In this document: piece after piece, positions 36,465 through 44,735 of the stretch
How the letters are laid out: the number at the start of each line of letters is the position of its first letter
Numbering within the stretch: position 1 is the first letter of the stretch
DNA from: Octopus sinensis
Lineage: Eukaryota
Reading direction: 5' to 3'
NCBI RefSeq assembly: GCF_006345805.1
Contig: NW_021826263.1
Location: 1-44,735 of the forward strand
Length of the DNA: 44,735 nucleotides
Position numbers and translations under genes: made by a program
Notes under the pieces: model-generated
Told to the model about the DNA's origin: nothing
Databases searched by the model: none
Seen by the model: only the letters and a program-made list of their open reading frames with translations

Positions 36465-36503
<39 letters not shown>

Positions 36504-37089
36504 TATTAATGTGTGTGTTGTGTCTGGTGTATGTGTGTGTGTGTTAATGCGGCTCTATCTTTACACTTCGTCTTTTTGCTTCTTTAATCCTTATCGTACT
36601 AACATTATGAATATCAAACATTATACTTGCAGCAATTACCATATGAAATATAATTATGATAGTTTTCTCACACATGCTTCTCTTGTTCTACAGGTTGTCA
36701 ATCTCCTTGTTGTTGTTACCAATATATCAACTTTTATTATTAATTTTTTTCTTCTCACCCCGTCTCTCCTTCCATCCCCCTCGCTCTCTATTACGCTCTT
36801 TTCAATTTTTATTGCTCATCATTGAATATTTTATATCCATTTGTTAAATTGAATTATTGTCATATTTTATAAATGCTGATCTACTGAAGAGGAAAAAAGA
36901 ACTCATTAGAGCCACCTTATAATATCGCTGGAGTGCTTCGTCTATTTAATCGATTCTTGTATGGCATTTTTCCTTTAAGAACTCATCAACGCAGATTTCC
37001 TTATCAAGGTCTTCAATTTAAATCATGTAAAAAATGATAAGCGGTAATTCAACGAGGCTGCTTTTGATGCTATTGTCGCTCCTGTAGTA

Positions 37090-37180
37090 GTTGTTGTTGT
37101 TGTTGTGGTTGTTGTTGTTTTTGTTGCAGTTGTTGCTGCTTCTGTTGCTGTTGTTGTTGTCATCGTCGCGTCGTCTTTGT

Positions 37181-37212
<32 letters not shown>

Positions 37213-37290
37213 TTGTTGTTGTTCTTCTTCTTCTTCTTCTTCTTCTTCTTCTTCTTCTTCTTCTTCTTGCTGCTGCTACTGTTGTTATTC
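37090..37290. repeat. Compound (GTT)n/(GCT)n/(CTT)n array
   Basis: Seen directly. Confidence 0.9.
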
Positions 37291-37984
37291 CGGTTGTCGT
37301 CATTTTTTTCTTTTTACTGTCGTTTAAACTCGGTTTCAGTTCTCATCGAGCTGACTTTATATGAAGTGTTGTTCCAACCGTGACCATCGGAAGGTTTTTC
37401 TGTATGTGATATTTCCTCCTATTTGGGAATCAAATATTAGTGTGAGTTTTGAGGGATATTTGTCTACACTTTTCAGCTGATCAAGCGAACAGATAGAAGC
37501 AACTGCGATAACGTTATAGTTATTCCTGTTGTTGGTGGAGGTTGTCGTGAGGATGGATATGGGGGCGGTAATGATGTCAGCAGCTTCCAAGCTTCACCAC
37601 TAATTCAGTTCTCAACTAAATTGCAAACTGTTCGCAATTTTAAAGACGACACCACCTCAGCTACACTTTGGAATAAACAGTTTGAGATTTGGTTCAATAG
37701 AAAAAAAGTTACATCAAAATTTCTGCGACCTTAAGGGTGACAATATTCACCTTCAATTAACATAAACTTTTAAATTTTAAAATAAAAGTATTACTTTCTT
37801 AGGCTTTAAATGATAGAAAAATGTATGAGGAATTCAGAGTCGTTAGTCACATTGGACAAAAATTAGTAGAAGAAAAGTTACGGAGTGAAATGCCACGGAA
37901 GTTCGTGTCAGTAAGTAAGAGAGTAAGGAAGTAACGCTTAGCAATAAGAATAAAGAATATTGCTAAAATGAATTCTTACTTTAT

Positions 37985-38110
37985 AAGACGTCGAGCTGGC
38001 AGAAAAGATAGCGCTCCGGGGGGAAAATATTTACCGGTATTTAACTTGTGTTTACATTTTGAGTTCAAATTCCGTTGAGGTTGAATTTGCTTTTTATCTA
38101 TTTTGGATTT
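37985..38110 (+). mobile_element. SINE family A 5' part, diverged
   Basis: CGAGCTGGCAGAA...TTGAGTTCAAATTCCGTTGAGGTTGAATTTGCTTTT. Confidence 0.65.
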
Positions 38111-38556
38111 ATTCAATTTGACGTAAAAATTATTTAATTAATTTTATTAAACTAAACACTTTGAAATTTCCTATACTGGTACAATGTGTCACACACAACA
38201 GAGTATACTCTAAACGTTTTTGACAAAATTTTGCATTTTAGAAGTTATTTTGTCACACGTTAGAGAGTGTCAATGGACAAATTCGTGTTTGATAAGTACC
38301 AATATACGAAACTCTCAGCTTTTAACTTACTCTCTAAATTCTGCCGACGATATATATGCATATTATATATATTTGTAAAAAATTATCATCACGCAATCAA
38401 ACCAATGAAAGAGCCTCTACCTGGTCGCTTGACACGCTAAAAATAGCAGCCAATGTATACACCTACCCAGTATTTTATAAGGTAAAATCCTAAATTATTA
38501 ATTGACTCATTATTAATTATCTTATAACAGCAATGCCTGGAAAAATCATGAATTAC

Positions 38557-39050
38557 ATGGAAAAATGCGAGCATAAAAGATAATTTTCTTAAGATTATAA
38601 ACCTGGAAAAGTACAGGACAAGTTATTACACCTGTAAAAGTATAGGGCAAACTATTTCTTCTAGTAAAGTAAAGAATAAGAAACTCTTTACTTAAAATAT
38701 TGCAGCTAAAATTAAAATTTGAATATTAAAAAATATTTTATTATAGTTTACAAATAACACTATACTTATTTAAGTAGAATTTGGCTAATTTACTATCTTA
38801 AATACAGAAAAATGTAACAAATTAGATAAAGTTACAAATTAGCTGAAATTTAAACGATGAGAACTGTAAAGAGTGATAAATTAGAAGAAATGACATTCCT
38901 CAATGCAATATTTTAAGTAAAAAGTTACTTATTCTTTACTTTACTAGAAGAAATAGCTCGTCCTATACTTTTACAGGTGTAATAACTTGTCCTGTACTTT
39001 TCCAGGTTTATAATCTTAAGAATATTACTTTTCCTGCTCGCATTTTCCAT
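38557..39050. mobile_element. MITE / fold-back element with ~148-bp terminal inverted repeats
   Basis: 38557-38704 is the reverse complement of 38904-39050 at roughly 90% identity by eye, including an exact CTTAAGATTATAAACCTGGAAAAGTACAGGACAAGTTATTACACCTGTAAAAGTATAGG block. The spacer is ~200 bp and AT-rich. Confidence 0.85.
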
Positions 39051-39998
39051 AATATATATATTTCTATATACATACATAGACACATATTTGTGTGTGTGCG
39101 CGTGTGTGTATGTGTGTGTATATGTATGTGTATGTATGTATATGTATATATATGCTTTTTCCGTAATGTATATCGCCAGTTTCTGATATTACATCTACTA
39201 AATTAGACATAACGGACTACAGCCTATCAGCGACAAAATTTCTACGTTTTCGTGATAATGGATAACACAATCGGTAGAGTACGGAGGAGTACATTGTTCC
39301 TAACTATATCCCCTAAAAGGACCGAAATTGGCTGATACGGACCGATTTGTTTCGTGCGCGAAGATATAATGTAAAATAATCTTTTTTTAATATTACTCTT
39401 ACACATCTAATTACACATGGTCTGCTCGCTTAGAACAGTTTGTTCCGTACTGAGTTCAAATCATTTCTTTTTCAATTTCCCTTTCCACTTTCCGAAAAAT
39501 TAGTGAGGCAATATGATCGTTTGAAGCTGTTGAGATTTCCTTATTTTCCCAAACCAAGGCTGGTCACCACCTAACTAATCAAATATTAAACTTAGTTAGA
39601 TAATCAAATGAAATGCGGGCACTTTTATATTAGTATAAACGTAAGAAATTCATAAAAATTTTATTGTGGCAAGTATTGTGAAATAGGGCCGCCCAATAAA
39701 CTAGTCAGGGAGCGGCAGGAATTTGAAATTCCTGCTCGTAAATCATTGTGAATTATAAGAGGTTCTGGACGATTATTGCCCTGAAAGACAGTGTTGTACC
39801 TGTAAAAAAGGAAAATAAGATTCTTACCTTTGTGAAATACTTGAAAAGCATTTGAATAGTGAAGTCAATTAGTTTCAAACTCGGAAGTAGGATAGTAAAA
39901 TTATCTTATGTTACCAGATTTATCAAACTATCATACGTTATTGCTTTTGGCTTTGTAGTTAAGACTTTGGTCAGTTCTGAACCAATATATCTATGGAA

Positions 39999-40198
39999 TG
40001 GAGGCGCGTGGCTTAGTAGTTAGGGTATTGGACTCGTGATCGTAAGATTGTGGTTATGATTCCAGTACCGGGTGACACGTTATGTTCTTGAGAAAAACTT
40101 TTCATTTTACGTTTCTCCAGTCAATCAGCTGGCAAAAATGAGTAATGCTGCGACGACCGGCGTCCTGCCATGAAACCGAGAAACCGGCCCTTATGGAT
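39999..40198 (+). mobile_element. tRNA-derived SINE sharing its 3' tail with family C
   Basis: TGGAGGCGCGTGGCTTAGTAG head with a decayed B box. The tail GCGACGACCGGCGTCC...GAAACCGGCCCTTATG matches 4938-5040 (reverse complement). Confidence 0.7.
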
Positions 40199-40912
40199 CG
40201 GTATTTTTCTAGAAGGTAAAAAAAAAGAAATATATCTATGGACGAGGGGGCATTCAGCATTGAACGTATTGCCTTTTATTCAGTAATACCTCCAGGACAT
40301 ATTATACATTTCTTTTTATTACTGGAGTACAGTTCACACCAGTCCAGATCACATATAAGTAGGGATCTTGTTCTAACTCTGACCATCCCATGTCTTAATC
40401 AGACATTTTGCTAAAAGATCTACATTGCTCAAAGAGCATTTTTTTCTAAGAGGGTAAAGAGTGATTTGAAGGTGAAATATATTTGTTATTCTCTTGTAGT
40501 TAAAGCAACCAGGCAGAGTCTAAACTTCTTAGATTTTCCCAAGCATGATTTTGCAATTCCTAACATTGGATGTACAAAAATCCTCTCCATTCTATAAATC
40601 TCTCTCCCTCTCTTACACTTTCTCCCATTCCCAATCGTTTTTCTTATTGTGTCATGTTTTCTCTTTTCTACCTTCAATTTCCAATACACGGATGTTTACA
40701 ATGTACGCAATCTTTACCTATACAAAGCATTCCCAAATTCCTGCATATCTGATAACATAAAGTAAGAATTTTCTCTATAGAGGCATCAAATTAAAAAAGA
40801 CGAAAGCATACACACTCGCGCGCGAGGATTATGTTAATAAATGATGACTGAAATAGTGAAAAGTGGCAGAGTAAACCACATATGATATGAGCAGAACGAT
40901 GGGGGATAATTT

Positions 40913-40972
40913 AAAGAGTATGTCTGTTACCTTATTATATACAAAGAGTATGCCTGTTACCTTATTATATAT
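40913..40972. repeat. 30-bp direct tandem duplication
   Basis: AAAGAGTATG(T/C)CTGTTACCTTATTATATA(C/T) x2. Confidence 0.9.
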
Positions 40973-41605
40973 ATTATTATATATATATTATACAAAAAGC
41001 AAAACTGGATATTTCTAATGATAACAACAGAAAATGGAAGTTGAAGAAGGAAAAGAAACCTGAAAGTTTTATTCGTATGGTATTCCTTAAGGAGAAGAAA
41101 AATAAGTTACAGGAGAATTGTAATCAAAGATTTCTTCGACAGAATAAAAAATAAAGCAAAAATACAATGGACTATTACTCGAAAACCAAAGAGCAATAAT
41201 AACATTATTACGAAATCAATAATGAAGGAAACATTACTTTAACTCCGTATCAATGTTGCTTTTTGTCGTAATAGTAATATTAATAAAGAAAATAATATCT
41301 GCTGTTGATGTTATAACGATGATAATGATAAGCATGAAGGATAAGGATGATGTTAATAACAAGCACGCGATAGTAACATATTTTTCTTTCTTTTTTTAAT
41401 GTCATGATATATAATTTCCATTAAGCGTAGAGAAATTCACACAAACGTTTAGTAAATGTAAACACATATTCATACACTCGCGCTTAGAGACACACAAAGA
41501 CTCAGACGAGCACACACATATATACACATGTTGTAATACAGATGTATATATATTCGCACACCAGTATATGCTATATATCATTGAATAAATACACACACAC
41601 ACACA

Positions 41606-41657
<52 letters not shown>

Positions 41658-42765
41658 CTAATATATATATATGTGTATATATATACCTATATACATACAT
41701 ATATGTGTATATATATATAATGTACATATAAACTCAATATATATTAATTATGAATAAGTATATATACTTACGCATACATACACACACACACTCTCTCATA
41801 TGAGCGTGCATGTGAGTATGTGTTCATGTAATTTCCGAAATATGCCAAAATGAATTCTAATCACACAGCGATAAGGGTCTCGTGTTCGGTGAACAGCCTA
41901 CAATATGTATATATATATGTATGTATGTATGTATATATATATATGTATATATGCATATATATATATATATACATACATACATAGTATATATACATAATAC
42001 ATACATATATATATATATATTTATATGTAAATATATATATATATATATGTATGTACGTATGTATGTATACAATATCGTAATGATAAAATATATGTGAAAA
42101 CCACAGATTATTACTGCTGAGTGAAAATAAAGGATTCGAAGGAAAAGCATTCATTTCAATTTTTCTTTATTCTTTTATTCGTTGTCCATACTTCTTTTCC
42201 GTTTTTTTCTCCTTCTTCGTCCTCTTACTCTTTTCTAGAGTATTGATAGGAACCCATATTTTCTCTCGACGAGAATAATTATACGGAATATAAAATGAAA
42301 ACGGAAAAAAAAGAAAATGAAATAAGAATATGAGGCAAAATTGGAAAAAAATGATGTGGAGCTTATTTGCCTGAAATATTAACAAATATAACACTCCAGC
42401 TAAAAAACCAAAATTGAAAAAGAGAAAAAAACAGCTCATGCATGTGCGTGCAAAAATGAATGCCTACTTTTATTATTGTATTTTATGCAAGTACATATAT
42501 TTATACATGGACATATTAATACATACGGTATACAGACGTATATGTATAGAAACCAGATGCCTTACAGAATGAATATTTAATAGCCTAATTTTTAGGATGG
42601 TCAAGACTGTGGCAGAAGTGATTGGACAAGATCACCTACATACACTCACATCCATAATATTTCTACTCGTGAAAGGAAACAAGTTCATATATATATGAAT
42701 ATGTGTGGGGATGGGTTTGGAGTTGTAATATATGTGTATGCATACATACATACATACACAGAAAC

Positions 42766-42801
<36 letters not shown>

Positions 42802-43439
42802 GTGTCTGTATGAGTATGTAGGAATGTGTGTAGGCTTATTAAAATATATGAAAAAATATCAAGTACATAATGCATTATATATATGTACATACAGCTGTGA
42901 ATTGCACGTTCTCGATCAGGGCAAAATACATCAGTTTCTATAAATCGTGCTTAGGTATGTTCTTCTTGCTTGAATTCTTTCCCAATTTATCCTGACACAT
43001 TTCCCAGGTAATGAATATGCTACGATTATTTTGTAATAAATATATTTTTTTTATAGCACTTGCTTATAAAAGAACGCAAGTCCTTCGCTCACTAAGCTGG
43101 TTTCCGTAGCAGCGAAAACACAAAATACACTTAACTCGAGGTCTACCCACATTTATGCATAAACTACTGCTTATATATATATATATAAATCTATATATAT
43201 ATATAATATATATATATATGTGTGTTGTGGTGTGTGTGTGTGTGTGTGTGGTGGTGTGTCTGTATATCAACATACATACATTCATATATATATATATATA
43301 ATATATATATATTATATATATATATATAATTACATATACATATATATACACTTATATATATACATCGACATATATATATATATGTCGATGTATATATATA
43401 AAAATATATGTATATGTATATATATAAATTATATATATA

Positions 43440-43841
43440 GGCGCAGGAGTGGCTGTGTGGTAAGTAGCTTGCTAACCAACCACATGGTTCCGGGTCAGTC
43501 CCACTGCGTTGCACCTGGGCAAGGTCTTCTACTATAGCCCCGGGCCGACCAATGCCTTTGAGTGGATTTGGTGTAGACGGAACTGAAAGAAGCCCGTCGT
43601 ATATGTAATATATATGTGTGTGTGTGTATGTTTGTGTGTCTGTGTCTGTCCCCCTAGCATTGTTTGACAACCGATGCTGGTGTGTTTACGTCCCCAAACT
43701 TAGCGGTTCGGCAAACGAGACCGATAGAATAAGTACTGGGCTTACAAAAGAATAAGTCCCGGGATCGAGTTGCTCGATTAAAGGCGGTGCTCCAGCATGG
43801 CCGCAGTCAAATGACTGAAACAAGTAAAAGAGAGAAAAGAG
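43440..43841 (+). mobile_element. SINE family B, full length
   Basis: tRNA-like head GGCGCAGGAGTGGCTGTGTGG...CCGGGTCAGTCCC, central CCTGGGCAAG domain, internal TA/TG microsatellite, and 3' GGCGGTGCTCCAGCATGGCCGCAG...AAAAGAG tail. Confidence 0.9.
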
Positions 43842-43846
43842 AAACC

Positions 43847-43881
<35 letters not shown>

Positions 43882-43910
43882 CATATACATATATTTTTAA
43901 ATATACACAT

Positions 43911-43991
<81 letters not shown>

Positions 43992-44678
43992 CACATATAT
44001 ATTTACATATTTGTTATTTCTGCATGTAAATAGACTATATATATTATATAATAATTCTCTCTTATGTATATACATATATGTATGTTTGTATACAAATATG
44101 TGGAAATGCTCTCGTGTCTTTGTATATATGTAGCGTGTGTGTATACATAAGAAAATCCAGACACTAACGATCTTCTGGAAGTGTGGTCACTTAAAACCTA
44201 TGGAACGTTTTCAGATAATTAAGGAGATTTTGGTCTAACTGGACCGTTCTTAGTTAATATATGTATCTATTCATTATAGTTTAGTTGTTTCGTGTGTGCC
44301 GTTTGGGATGAAACGCCTTTTGTGTCAGTGTTGTTCTTTTTTTTTTTAAATTTCATTTGGCTTGTAATTTATTCAACTATCGCAGTTCTGTGCATTGTAT
44401 TTGAAAGTGTATGCATGCTATATGTCTTTATTTAGAGTCTTTGACGGCTTCGGTCCCCATATGTAATTGGAACCGCTTCACTAAACATTCGCTAACTATG
44501 AATAGAGGAAATAGGTGGAAACTTTCCCCTTATTTCATCTCACTAATTCTAAGGACTCGAGCGGATTCTCTCAGAAATAAATCACGTCATCTCACTTCGG
44601 CTTATCTCATTTGCTTTTTCTTCGTATTATTGCTATTATTTGTTTTGTTGTTATTATCATTATTACTATTATTATCAT

Positions 44679-44735
44679 GGAGGCGAGCTGTCATAATGTC
44701 CGCCAGAAAAATGCTTAGCTTCAGTTCATCTGTGT
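44679..44735 (+). mobile_element. SINE family A 5' end, cut by the window edge
   Basis: GGCGAGCTGTCATAATG...AAATGCTTAGC after an ATT-rich tract. Confidence 0.55.

Noticed and set aside
37478-37735. Open plus-strand frame of ~85 codons after a TTTTCAG acceptor-like site
   Set aside because: It looks like decayed GTT/GGT repeat sequence, with no known motif and no partner exon.

Overview
AT-rich, microsatellite-dense animal DNA, intronic or intergenic. It is most likely an octopus (coleoid cephalopod), inferred from the SINE families and repeat landscape. I cannot support any host protein-coding exon; nearly all listed ORFs are microsatellite translations. The window is a retroelement graveyard. 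It holds CR1/L2-group LINE fragments, four R4/Dong-type (RLE) LINE fragments clustered in (ATT)n tracts, a Tx1/L1-group 3' end, a decayed Penelope-like (PLE) RT, about 15 tRNA-SINE pieces and a MITE with about 148-bp TIRs. The main unexplained signal is about 14 type I hammerhead-ribozyme-like motifs from at least four sequence families, carried by short non-coding elements. Several of these form head-to-head or tail-to-tail palindromes. One is a ~570-bp fold-back of an element built as tRNA/Pol III head + (AAT)n + hammerhead tail. All calls are by-eye motif reading; no database search or folding program was run.
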